A DNA stretch of 64,000 bases from an uncultured Planctomycetaceae bacterium. GTDB lineage: Bacteria; Planctomycetota; Planctomycetia; Isosphaerales; Isosphaeraceae. How positions within the stretch are numbered: position 1 is the first letter of the stretch; the number at the start of each line of letters is the position of its first letter. A program made the translations under genes and the position numbers. Below are positions 10,517 through 19,662 of the stretch, piece by piece. The notes under the pieces are model-generated. The model did no database searches and was not told the DNA's origin. It worked only from the letters and a program-made list of their open reading frames with translations. The DNA is taken from positions 128,001-192,000 of the forward strand of contig CAWIAD010000001.1 of assembly GCA_963833985.1 (NCBI GenBank). The letters are read 5' to 3'.

Positions 10517-13432
10517 ATGATCCGCTCCAGACCGCAACGGCCCGCCGCAGCCCGCCCACGCCGGGGAACCGTACTGCCCCTCGTGATCCTGACCATCGTG
10601 GCCCAGCTTGCCTTCCTGGCGCTGGCGATCGACCTGGGGTTGGTGGCGATTGCCAAGACCCAGGTGCAACAGGCCGCCGACCTGGTCTCGTTGACCGCCG
10701 CGCGCAGCCTCAACGGCGTGGCCGCCTCGAATTACAACCAGAACGCGGCCACCACGAACGCGAACAACATCCTCAGCTACAACTACATCCTGGGCAAGCC
10801 GATCGCGGCCTCACAACTCCAGCTCACGTTCGGGTCGTACGACTACAATCAATCGTCGCAGACCTTCTCCGCGAGCTTCCCAGGATTGAACGGTTCCCCC
10901 ACGACCGCCATCACCGCGACGATCACGGCAGGCACGTTTCCGGCGGCCTTCAGCTCGATTCTCGGCAAACAGCTCGTACCGAGCTTCTCCGCGACCGCCC
11001 AGGCCGTGCACCGGCCGCGCGACATCGCGCTGGTGATGGACCTCTCGGGCTCGATGCGCATGGGGACGTTACTGGGGTTCGACTTTTACCAGACGGCGCG
11101 CTCCACGAACAATGCCGATTCCGCGGTGCCGGCCTTCAGCCACTATTCCTCCAGCAGCGCCGGGCTTCAGGGGCCGAGTTCGGATCGCACCTCGGGAGCC
11201 GACAGCTATACGATACCCACGTCCAATACCACGGCAACGACGACCGCGTACAACCAGACCTATATCACCAACTTCTTCCAGAACGCGGCCTACGCCTCGA
11301 CACTCATTCGAGCGTTCGACTCGTACACCAGCGCCGACGGTGGCAAAACGTGGAGCCCGCCCTCCTCGGGCACGCCGCAGCTTCCCCCCGCCTCCTACTC
11401 CTCGGTGCCTGGCGGCGACGTGCCCCTGTTCCTGAACGGCAGCACGACCACCTATGCCAAGACGGTGAAGGACGTGCTCGGCAGCAGCACCCGGAGCCCC
11501 GCCTGGGAGCTCGACGGCTATTCGAACTACACCAGCGGTTCACTCTCCAACGCGGCCGCCGGTCAGAGCAATTACACAAGTGCACCATTTTATGGTTACA
11601 CGCAGGGGCCCGGTTACTACGGCAAGACGTTCTTCATCTGGCCGCCCGACCCCCGACAGCCGCTGACCACCGCCGCCGACGCCGCCCAGATCAATAAATT
11701 TCTCACGGACTTCGGCTACACGACCGCAGACTTCAGCGGCTCAACGACCGGCCCGCCTCTCTACGGCATCTACGGGGTGACCTCCACGTCGGGGAGCCAG
11801 AACTGGCCCTGGCCGAACGACGGCGGCAGCACGCTGAGCACCTACCTGACGACCAAGGTTTCTATTCCCGGTGGCAGCCGCAAGCTCAGGACCACCGACT
11901 CCCAGTACCAGCAGATCATGCGGCTCTACTCGTGGAATTACGTGGTGGACAACCTGGGCACAACGCCGTGCGATTGGCGGCTGCGGTTCTTCGGCACCGT
12001 GGATAACACGAAGCTGTTCGACAGTTCCGGCGATCTGAACCTGCCGGGAAGCTCCACGTATAAGATCAATTACACGGAGATCCTTCGCTGGCTCACCCAG
12101 TCGCCCAACCCGTTCCCCTCGCAGCTACGCGCTGGCGGCGTCAAGTATTACGGCTCGATTCCGACGACGATCACCGGAAGCTGGCCGAAGTACGGCAATA
12201 CAGACCAGCGCTTCTGGGTCGAGTTCATCGATCATGTTCTAGGGTTGAGGCAGACCTCCGCCGGCGTGTACCAGGACGTCAGCGATATGGTCGGCTACGG
12301 AGCGGACTTCGTCTGGGGCACGATCGGGCGTACGGCCGTGCCGTCGGCAACCCAGTACATGTACATGAGCTATACCGACAACCCTCAGCGCCCGAGCCTG
12401 CGGTTCTGGTTCAGCCCCATCCTCATGGTCGATTATCTCCATAACTACAACATGGATACAAACGTCGCCAACTATTTCTACATGCAGCCCGGCGACAGCT
12501 ACGAGGCGCCTCTCTACACCATGAAGGAGGCCTACGCCGCGACGATTTCCACGGTGCAGAACAACCATCCCAACGATACCGTGACGGTCGTGCCTTATAG
12601 CTGGCCACGCAGTTCCTGGAACGCGACGACGGGCCGCTTCAACTGCGTGCGCAGCCCCCTGGGAACCAACTACACCTACGCGTCTGCCGCGATCACCAAA
12701 CCGTTCTCTGCCATCAATGCCGATGGCTCGTCCAATCAGACAGAGGTCACGCCCTACGATCCGGATCCGGCCACGGGCATGATTCCCTCCGGCAACTTCA
12801 ACGACATTCCGCGTGCCGACGGTGACACCTGCTTCGCGATGGCGCTCATGCTCTGCTACAACCAGCTCGCCGTCACTCCAGCATCCGACGGCACGCTGCG
12901 GAACTTCGTCAGCTCCTCGCCGATCACGTTCCCCACGGGCATGGCCGGCGGACTGGGTCGCAAGGGCTCGCAGAAGGTCATCATCTTCGAGACGGACGGT
13001 CTGCCGAACTGCCTGGCGTCTGCCAGCCTTGTCAGTGCCGGCACGTACAAGTATTACAAGATTCGTTACGACATGAACAATCCCGGAGGCAGTGAGTACC
13101 CTTCCGTGACCGCCTCCACCATCAACAATTCCTCCGTGTTGAGCCAGATTTACTCGCTGATCCGGCAGCTCTCCACCGATTACAGCACCACGCGGAACCC
13201 CTTCCGCCTCTACGCGCTGGGCTTCGGACCGGTGTTCCAGGGGCCAAACGCCTCCGGTGCGCTCTCCACTCTTCAGTCGATGCAGTATTACGCGGGCACT
13301 CAGAGCAGCCCTTCCACGCCGCTGGCCGCCAACCAGGTCGTCACCGGCACGGACGCCCAGATGTCGGCGAACATGGTCAGTGCGTTCACGTCCATCCTGG
13401 AAAGCGGAGTGCAGATCGCGCTCATCAAGTAG
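10517..13432 (+). CDS. tadG: TadG-like pilus-tip/adhesin protein with an interrupted VWA domain
   Basis: RRGTVLPL...LALAIDLG...QQAADL Tad N-terminus; DIALVMDLSGSM and IIFETDG MIDAS parts; Ser/Thr-rich. Confidence 0.85.
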   Translation: MIRSRPQRPAAARPRRGTVLPLVILTIVAQLAFLALAIDLGLVAIAKTQVQQAADLVSLTAARSLNGVAASNYNQNAATTNANNILSYNYILGKPIAASQLQLTFGSYDYNQSSQTFSASFPGLNGSPTTAITATITAGTFPAAFSSILGKQLVPSFSATAQAVHRPRDIALVMDLSGSMRMGTLLGFDFYQTARSTNNADSAVPAFSHYSSSSAGLQGPSSDRTSGADSYTIPTSNTTATTTAYNQTYITNFFQNAAYASTLIRAFDSYTSADGGKTWSPPSSGTPQLPPASYSSVPGGDVPLFLNGSTTTYAKTVKDVLGSSTRSPAWELDGYSNYTSGSLSNAAAGQSNYTSAPFYGYTQGPGYYGKTFFIWPPDPRQPLTTAADAAQINKFLTDFGYTTADFSGSTTGPPLYGIYGVTSTSGSQNWPWPNDGGSTLSTYLTTKVSIPGGSRKLRTTDSQYQQIMRLYSWNYVVDNLGTTPCDWRLRFFGTVDNTKLFDSSGDLNLPGSSTYKINYTEILRWLTQSPNPFPSQLRAGGVKYYGSIPTTITGSWPKYGNTDQRFWVEFIDHVLGLRQTSAGVYQDVSDMVGYGADFVWGTIGRTAVPSATQYMYMSYTDNPQRPSLRFWFSPILMVDYLHNYNMDTNVANYFYMQPGDSYEAPLYTMKEAYAATISTVQNNHPNDTVTVVPYSWPRSSWNATTGRFNCVRSPLGTNYTYASAAITKPFSAINADGSSNQTEVTPYDPDPATGMIPSGNFNDIPRADGDTCFAMALMLCYNQLAVTPASDGTLRNFVSSSPITFPTGMAGGLGRKGSQKVIIFETDGLPNCLASASLVSAGTYKYYKIRYDMNNPGGSEYPSVTASTINNSSVLSQIYSLIRQLSTDYSTTRNPFRLYALGFGPVFQGPNASGALSTLQSMQYYAGTQSSPSTPLAANQVVTGTDAQMSANMVSAFTSILESGVQIALIK

Positions 13433-13434
13433 CC

Positions 13435-14187
13435 ATGAATACCCCTGTCGCCGAGTTCGAGAACGTTGTGAAAGACTATCACGCACCGCGGCCCGTCGGC
13501 GGACTGACCCCCGCACTGCGGGGAGTCAGCCTGCACGTCGAGGCCGGAGAGGTGATGGCGCTGCTGGGGCCCAATCGCGCGGGCAAGTCGACGTTGCTGA
13601 AGATCCTGCTGGGCCTGTGCCATCCCAGCGCGGGCCGGGTCTTCCGGTTCGGCCGGCCGATCTCCCAGCGCGATACTCTTGCCCGCGTCGGTTTCATGCA
13701 CGAGAACCAGGCGTTTCCCCGCTACCTCACGGCGCCGGCGCTGCTGGAGTTCTGCGGCCGGCTGTCGCTCGTTCCCGGATCGATCCTGAAGTCGCGGGTC
13801 CCCGCCCTGCTGAAGAAAGTCGGCCTCCAGGATCGAACCCGCGAATCGATCGCCCGCTTCAGCAAGGGCATGGTCCAGCGCCTGGCGCTGGCGCAGGCCC
13901 TCATCGCGGAGCCGGAATTGCTGGTCCTGGACGAGCCCATGGAGGGGCTCGACCTGTCCGCACGCAGGTTGCTTCAGCAGATCATCGGCGAACAGCGAGC
14001 AGCGGGAAGAACCGTCCTCGTCGTGTCTCACGCCATCAGCGAGGTCGCCCTGGTGTGCGATCGCGTGGCCGTGCTGGTCGAAGGCAGGCTCGCCTACCTG
14101 GGCACCCGCGAGGCGCTGCTGCGCGATCCGCAAACCGGAGGCGAGCGCTCGCTCGAGGCGGCCCTGGCGCTGGTCTACCAGTCCTGA
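13435..14187 (+). CDS. ABC transporter ATP-binding subunit
   Basis: GPNRAGKST, FSKGMVQR, LVLDEP. Confidence 0.95.
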   Translation: MNTPVAEFENVVKDYHAPRPVGGLTPALRGVSLHVEAGEVMALLGPNRAGKSTLLKILLGLCHPSAGRVFRFGRPISQRDTLARVGFMHENQAFPRYLTAPALLEFCGRLSLVPGSILKSRVPALLKKVGLQDRTRESIARFSKGMVQRLALAQALIAEPELLVLDEPMEGLDLSARRLLQQIIGEQRAAGRTVLVVSHAISEVALVCDRVAVLVEGRLAYLGTREALLRDPQTGGERSLEAALALVYQS

Positions 14188-14199
14188 GAGGAGTGCGAC

Positions 14200-15252
14200 G
14201 TGACTGTCTGGCAGAGCATAGGCTTCCTGGAGATCCTGCTCAAGGACACCTTCCGCCAGGCCCTTGCCTCGGGCATCTGCTGGATGATGCTGGCGGTCAC
14301 GGCGATCTGCGTCCTGCTCTGCCTGAGCGTGCACGTCTCCGGCGACGTGGACCTGCGGGGAGATGGCGAGGCCGTCTACTTCCTGCCCCAACAGTCGGCC
14401 GGCGCAGCGCTGGTGCCGGCCGCGGCGGATCGAGGGAAGCGGCTTCCTCCCACCACCGATCCCGCCACGGCCAGGCGCGACGGGGTGGAGACGGTCAGCG
14501 GCCGCATGACGCTCGCGTTCGGGGCCGTTTCGGTTCCCATCAGCCGGCAGCGCAGCGACGCGGTGCATCTGCTCCAGCTCGTGCTTGCCAGCGTGGTCGC
14601 CGGCACCTTCGGGATCCTGCTCACGCTCATCTGGACAGCGGGCTTCGTGCCCACATTTCTGGAGCCCGGCACGGCCACGGTGCTGCTGGCGAAGCCTGTC
14701 GCGCGCTGGCAATTGCTGCTGGGCAAGTACTTCGGGGTCCTGGTCTTCGTCGGCTGCCACCTGGTCCTGTTCGTGGCCTTGACCTGGCTGGCGCTCGGCC
14801 TGCGGACCAGAGTCTGGGACACGGCCTACTGGTGGGCGATCCCGCTTCTGCTCGTCCAGTTCGCGATCTTCTACAGCTTCTCGGTCTTGCTGGCGGTGCT
14901 CACGCGCAGCACGGTGGCCTGTGTCTTCGGTGCCATCCTCTTCTGGGTTCTGGCGTGGGGCGTGAACTATGGCAGCGTCATGGCCCGGCAGGCTGCGCAG
15001 GCCGAGAACCTGTCGACGGCCGCCGTCGCGCTCGCTGAAACCTCCTACTGGATCACGCCCAAACCGGTCGACGCCGGCCTGATCCTGTTCACCGCCCTGA
15101 ACGCCCAGGAGCACTTCGAAAAGCCGCTGGTGTTCAGGCTCATCGAGTCGGAGGGGACCTTCTCCCCCGGGCTCTCCCTGCTCTCCTCGCTGATCATGAC
15201 CGCGGTGCTGCTGGGACTGTCCATTCATGAGTTCCGCATGGCCGATTACTGA
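14200..15252 (+). CDS. ABC-2 type permease
   Basis: Multiple TM segments; GTATVLLAKPVARWQLLLGKY motif; directly follows the ATPase. Confidence 0.9.
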   Translation: MTVWQSIGFLEILLKDTFRQALASGICWMMLAVTAICVLLCLSVHVSGDVDLRGDGEAVYFLPQQSAGAALVPAAADRGKRLPPTTDPATARRDGVETVSGRMTLAFGAVSVPISRQRSDAVHLLQLVLASVVAGTFGILLTLIWTAGFVPTFLEPGTATVLLAKPVARWQLLLGKYFGVLVFVGCHLVLFVALTWLALGLRTRVWDTAYWWAIPLLLVQFAIFYSFSVLLAVLTRSTVACVFGAILFWVLAWGVNYGSVMARQAAQAENLSTAAVALAETSYWITPKPVDAGLILFTALNAQEHFEKPLVFRLIESEGTFSPGLSLLSSLIMTAVLLGLSIHEFRMADY

Positions 15253-15347
15253 GCGGTCCCTCGCGGGCGATCGAGAGGAATGCCGGTGCAGGAACCGCGG
15301 ACCGCGGCTTGCGTGTTCCGGAACGGTTTTTTCCCATCCAGACCGGG

Positions 15348-15376
15348 TTGACAGGAAGCCGCTTTTTTTCTAGCGT
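15348..15376 (+). promoter_or_regulatory. Sigma70-type promoter for the SdpA-like/HTTM pair
   Basis: TTGACA (15348-53), 17 bp spacer, TAGCGT (15371-76). Confidence 0.6.
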
Positions 15377-15440
15377 CTCGCCACGATGACGTGACCGACA
15401 CTTCTGGAAGCCATCCACCATTGAACGAAGGGAGCGTCCC

Positions 15441-15983
15441 TTGGCCTGGCGACGGATCGCAGGGCGGCTGGCTATATCAGCCTTTCTCATCTTCCACCTC
15501 ACCGCGACGTTCGGTTGGGTGATCCCGCAATCACCACTGCGAGACTTCCTCGTACCGCCGTTTCGCGCCTACATGCTACCCCTGGGCTTGTGGCAATCCT
15601 GGTGGATGTTCGCGCCCGACCCCATGAGCGCGACGGCCCTTCTGGAGTGCGAGGTGATCGACGCCAAGGGGATGCGCCATCTCTACCAGTTCCCGAAGAT
15701 TGCCGACCTTCCCTGGTGGAAGAAGATGCCCCGCTTCCGCCATCCCAAGTTCACCTGCAACCTGTTGCTCGACGAATACGCGGCCCAGCGCGAATCGACG
15801 AGCCGCTATGTCCTGCGGCAACTCGCACTCAGCAAGGAGCTGTATCCGGTCCGCCTGCACCTCTACTGCCGGGTCTGGGACGCGCCGCCGCCAGGTCAGA
15901 CGTCCATGGATCCGATGAAGCGCCCGCGTTTGCAAAGCATTTCCAGCTATGAGTTCGACTCGCCACAGGAGGTCCGCCGATGA
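15441..15983 (+). CDS. SdpA/DUF5819-like partner of an HTTM protein
   Basis: N-terminal TM with FH; QSWWMFAPDP motif; ATGA overlap with the HTTM gene. Confidence 0.65.
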   Translation: MAWRRIAGRLAISAFLIFHLTATFGWVIPQSPLRDFLVPPFRAYMLPLGLWQSWWMFAPDPMSATALLECEVIDAKGMRHLYQFPKIADLPWWKKMPRFRHPKFTCNLLLDEYAAQRESTSRYVLRQLALSKELYPVRLHLYCRVWDAPPPGQTSMDPMKRPRLQSISSYEFDSPQEVRR

Positions 15984-17005
15984 ACCCGCTGCGCGTCTGG
16001 AATCGATTCTGGTTCGGGCCGATCTCGGCGCGGCCGCTGGGAATGTACCGCATCATCTTCGGCATCCTCGTGCTCGCGCACCTTGGTCTGATCTGCACGG
16101 AGCTGGACTACTGGTACACCGATCTGGGGGTGCTGCACGGCGATGAAGCCCGTCTGCTGGCCGGCCCGCTCAGGCCCTCGCCGCTCCAGTACTTTCAGGA
16201 TCCCGTCTCGGTGCGCTGCGCGGTTGCCGCGGTGGCGGCCGTGGCGGTGGCGTTCACGCTCGGCTGGCGTACCCGTGTCATGGGTGTGTTGCTGTATCTT
16301 GGAATGTTATCGCTCTACCACCGCAATATCTCGACCAATTGCGGCCCCGACCAGTTGATGATGATCACCTGCTTCTACATGATGCTCAGCCCCTGTGGCG
16401 CGGCACTGTCGCTGGACGCACGCCGCGCGGCCCTGCGGCGCGGCACCCCGGCCGAGCCCTTGATCGCACCATGGGCCCAAAGATTGATGCAGCTCCAACT
16501 CTGTCTCATCTACCTGGCGACCGCGGCGTTCAAGTGCCATGGCAAAAGCTGGTTCGGTGGCACGGCCGTGCACTACATCCTGTTCAATCACGAGGTGGGA
16601 CAGGCCAACCTGGAATGGCTGGCGGGCTATCCCATCACCATCAGTCTGTTCACTCAGACCGCCTTGATCATGGAGTTCTCGCTCGGCTTTCTGCTCTGGT
16701 TTCGGCCCACGCGGAAGTGGGTCGCCGTGGCCGGAATTCTGCTGCATATCGGCATCGTGCCGCTGGTGAACGTGCCCCTTTTCGGCGAGCAGATGACCGC
16801 GCTCTACCTGCTGTTCCTGGCACCTGACGAGCTGAACTCGCTGCTCTGGCGGCTGAACCCACTGCGGTGGTTCAGCCGCGAGGCAAGAGCGCTGCGTGAT
16901 CGATCGTCCCGGCTGCACCCGGCCCCCGCGCTTTCGGCCTGGCGGCAGCTCGAGCTGGCCTTCGACAACCCCGACCCGAACGGGCGCATGGGCCAGGCAC
17001 ACTGA
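15980..17005 (+). CDS. HTTM-domain (SdpB / vitamin K-dependent carboxylase-like) membrane protein
   Basis: LGMYRIIFG, LGWRTR, LSLDA, RLMQLQLCLIYLATAAFK, ILLHIGI. Confidence 0.85.
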   Translation: MNPLRVWNRFWFGPISARPLGMYRIIFGILVLAHLGLICTELDYWYTDLGVLHGDEARLLAGPLRPSPLQYFQDPVSVRCAVAAVAAVAVAFTLGWRTRVMGVLLYLGMLSLYHRNISTNCGPDQLMMITCFYMMLSPCGAALSLDARRAALRRGTPAEPLIAPWAQRLMQLQLCLIYLATAAFKCHGKSWFGGTAVHYILFNHEVGQANLEWLAGYPITISLFTQTALIMEFSLGFLLWFRPTRKWVAVAGILLHIGIVPLVNVPLFGEQMTALYLLFLAPDELNSLLWRLNPLRWFSREARALRDRSSRLHPAPALSAWRQLELAFDNPDPNGRMGQAH

Positions 17006-17045
17006 ACCTGCCCCTGAGATGCTACGCGACCTGACGGCAATCTGG

Positions 17046-17558
17046 TCAGGAACGCGTCAAGAGCGTGATCAGTCGGTCATGCTCCGGATAGCGGGCGAGC
17101 AGGTCGTCGCGGCGTGCCTGCTCGTAGTCGGCATAGTCGAATCCCGGGGCCATGGTGGCGCCGAGCAGGGCGAAGTCGACGCCCGGCTCGAGCATTGAGC
17201 CTTGCCACACCCCGGCGGCCACGACGAGCTGTGGCTCTTGCCCATGAAGGACGTCCGCGCCCAGGAGCAACTCACGCCCCTGGCCATCCTCGAAGAGCTG
17301 GAGCATCCGCACCGGACCGCCGAGGTAGAGGTGGAAGACCTCTTCGGTGGGCAGGCGATGGAGCTCGGAGAACGTCTCGGGGGTCAGCAGATAGTAAATG
17401 GCCGTGCCGAGGTTGCGTGGGGCCTGAGTCTGGTATCCCGCCGGCAGGTGTCGCGGCTCGATGTTCCCGCGCGCCCGGTAGGTTTCCCGGAAATATCCCC
17501 CCTCGATGGGATGCGGCTCCAGCCGGAGCGTCTCGATGATCTGCCGTGCGGTGGGCAT
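17046..17558 (-). CDS. Cupin_5 (DUF985) protein
   Basis: LEPHPIEGGYFRETY, TAIYYLL, HRLPTEEVFH, TMAPGFDY. Confidence 0.9.
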   Translation of the reverse strand: MPTARQIIETLRLEPHPIEGGYFRETYRARGNIEPRHLPAGYQTQAPRNLGTAIYYLLTPETFSELHRLPTEEVFHLYLGGPVRMLQLFEDGQGRELLLGADVLHGQEPQLVVAAGVWQGSMLEPGVDFALLGATMAPGFDYADYEQARRDDLLARYPEHDRLITLLTRS

Positions 17559-17699
17559 GTCGACTCCTCAGCTCCCGGTTCAGCCTGGCCTTCGCCGCAC
17601 GAGGCGACAGGCCCCGCCGGCAAGGATCGGCGAGCGTAACCGGGCAGGCACCGCGCTGGCAACTCCCGGGCCTTGCCATGCGTCGCCATGGCCCCGGGC

Positions 17700-17945
17700 C
17701 CGAACCGGGCCGGAAATGGGTTCGTTCTGGGCCTCCCTGCACCGAAGCCAATGGACGTTACTCCAATGATGGAAGCTAGTTAAAGCACAATTCTTCCATT
17801 TCCGGTTGGCTTCGTTGTGCTGCTTTTTGCGAGCTTCACGTGCGCTTGCGACTGCAATTTCAGTGCTCTCCGCTCGCAGTCCTCGCGTCTGGCTGGCTGC
17901 TCCTGGAAATGGGTTCGTTCCGTGCATCCGGGTTCGAAGCCATCG
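17700..17945 (-). repeat. Short dispersed GAAATGGGTTCGTTC / TTGGCTTCGTT motifs (NEPI/TNPF/NEAN-coding) in a non-coding-looking, lower-GC gap
   Basis: GGAAATGGGTTCGTTC at ~17712 and ~17905, each followed by CGAAGCCA; related TTGGCTTCGTT at ~17806. Confidence 0.5.
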
Positions 17946-18339
17946 GACGCTAATCCTTTGCGGTTGGCAGTTAGACTTCGCTTTCCATCGGGCCATCCAG
18001 CGCACCGCCCGGCCAGAACGGCGGCGCACTGGTCCGTACCATCCTCCGAATTGCCAAGGAACGTCGACACGGTCCCATCCTATTCAGTTTACGACCGTAC
18101 ACCGGCTTTTGAGGATCTTTTCGTCACTGGATTTCATTGTGGCGGCGCGGGGTTCCACCTCGCAGGAGACCCACGGCGTCCGCGCCCGGTTCAGACTTTC
18201 ACCGCTTGAATGTGCACGCTTGCATGGACCGTTTCCTTCCCTTGCTTCGATGCGAGCCGGGTGATCTCGGCGTGCGGCTTGAAGCGATTGCCGTTTGCCC
18301 CATGACCAGGAAAAGGGGTGGAATCGCGGGCGGACAACC

Positions 18340-19347
18340 GATGAATGGGATCAGGCTCCATCCACGGTCGGGTGGGGCCGTGCCGAACATGAGGGACGCG
18401 ATGACCAGGAGCCTGCGGGCCGGTGGGCTGTCTGTCCTGCTCTGCTCCGGTGCCCTGGCGGCCGCGCAGGACCAGGCACCTGCACTGCACTGCGCCTGCA
18501 CCGGCACCGGCTCCTGCGCTGACGCCGCCTGCGCTCGAACCTCCGGCGCTGGAACCGCAACCGTCGATGACGCCGGCACGGCCCCCTTCCCCGGTTCCGT
18601 CCCCGGGCGCCGCGAGCAGCACTCCCGGGAGGGCAGAGTCCGCGAGTCAGGGCCCGGGCCTGTATCGACCGTTGCTGGTGATTCCCGGTGTCACGGCGCC
18701 GGCTCCTGCGCGGCAGACGCCAGGGCCCGGCCGGCCGCGTGCTCAGGCCGCCGAGACTTCCGGCGCTGCGGCCGCAGCCTCCGAGTTGCCGGCCGCGACG
18801 CTTCCCGGCGTCCTGGAAGCCGGCGATCCCCCGAGGGTGGGCGAGTCAGAGGCAACGGGCCGGCGGTCGATTCCGCTCACGCTCGAGTCCATCCCCGAGG
18901 ACTCTGGCGATGAACCGGGTTCGCAGCCTCCGCCCGGCAGTCGCGCCAGCGCGCCACCTGCGGGGCGAAGCAGCACCGGCCGGACTCCACGCGAGCCGGC
19001 CGAGTCCGCCACTCCCCGCTCCCCCGCCCCCCGCGCCCCGACCTCTTTCTTTGGTCGGCTCTTCGCGCCGCTGGCTCCCCGGGAACAGCCGGCCCCCGCG
19101 CGCAGTTCCGTGACCGTCGAGCCCCACTCCAACCCGGCGGGCGAGGCCGCGGTGAAGCGGCGAATCGAGAAGCAGATCCAGGAGGCCGTGGGGGACCGCG
19201 TCCGTTCCGTGGAGATCCGCGTCTCGGGCCGCTCGGTGTTGATCCGCGCAGGCCGCGCGCTTCTGGCAACGCCGGGGCGTCCGCCGTAGCCTGGAATCCC
19301 TTCCCCTGCCTTCCGGCTACCACGCGCGGGTGGAGCTGGTTGACTGA
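18340..19347 (+). CDS. Exported Pro-rich protein with C-terminal BON-like domain; two frameshifts
   Basis: Signal-like SVLLCSGALAAAQDQ; Pro-rich linker; AAVKRRIEKQIQEAVGDRVRSVEIRV...RFWQRRGVRRSLESLP. Confidence 0.6.
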
Positions 19348-19406
19348 GCCCCGGTGCCCGCTTTCAGGTTGCAAGACCGCCGCGCGCGGCGCCTGGCGCG
19401 GACCGG

Positions 19407-19512
19407 CTAAATAGCTCCCCGTAAAATAGAAAGTGTGGGACGGCGGCCCTCGGCCGTCCCGAGCCAGCCGAGGGCGGCTGGCCCACATTCGAGGAGGCGA
19501 GGTTCTATCTAG
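19407..19512. repeat. REP-doublet/MITE-like element, family A, copy 1
   Basis: CTAAATAG...CTATCTAG ends around inner IR GTGGGACGGCGGCCCTCGGC / GCCGAGGGCGGCTGGCCCAC; second copy at 61681-61785. Confidence 0.8.
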
Positions 19513-19662
19513 CCGCTTTCATCGGCAGATTGCCCGCGTTATGGTGAAGGTCATGCTCATGGTCAAGGTCATCGTCATGATCACGAGCACCTGCATCCCG
19601 CACCGCGCCTGGTGCGCCGCACCAGGAGATGCATCGCCTCCCCGGTTGGAGCCTTCACCACA

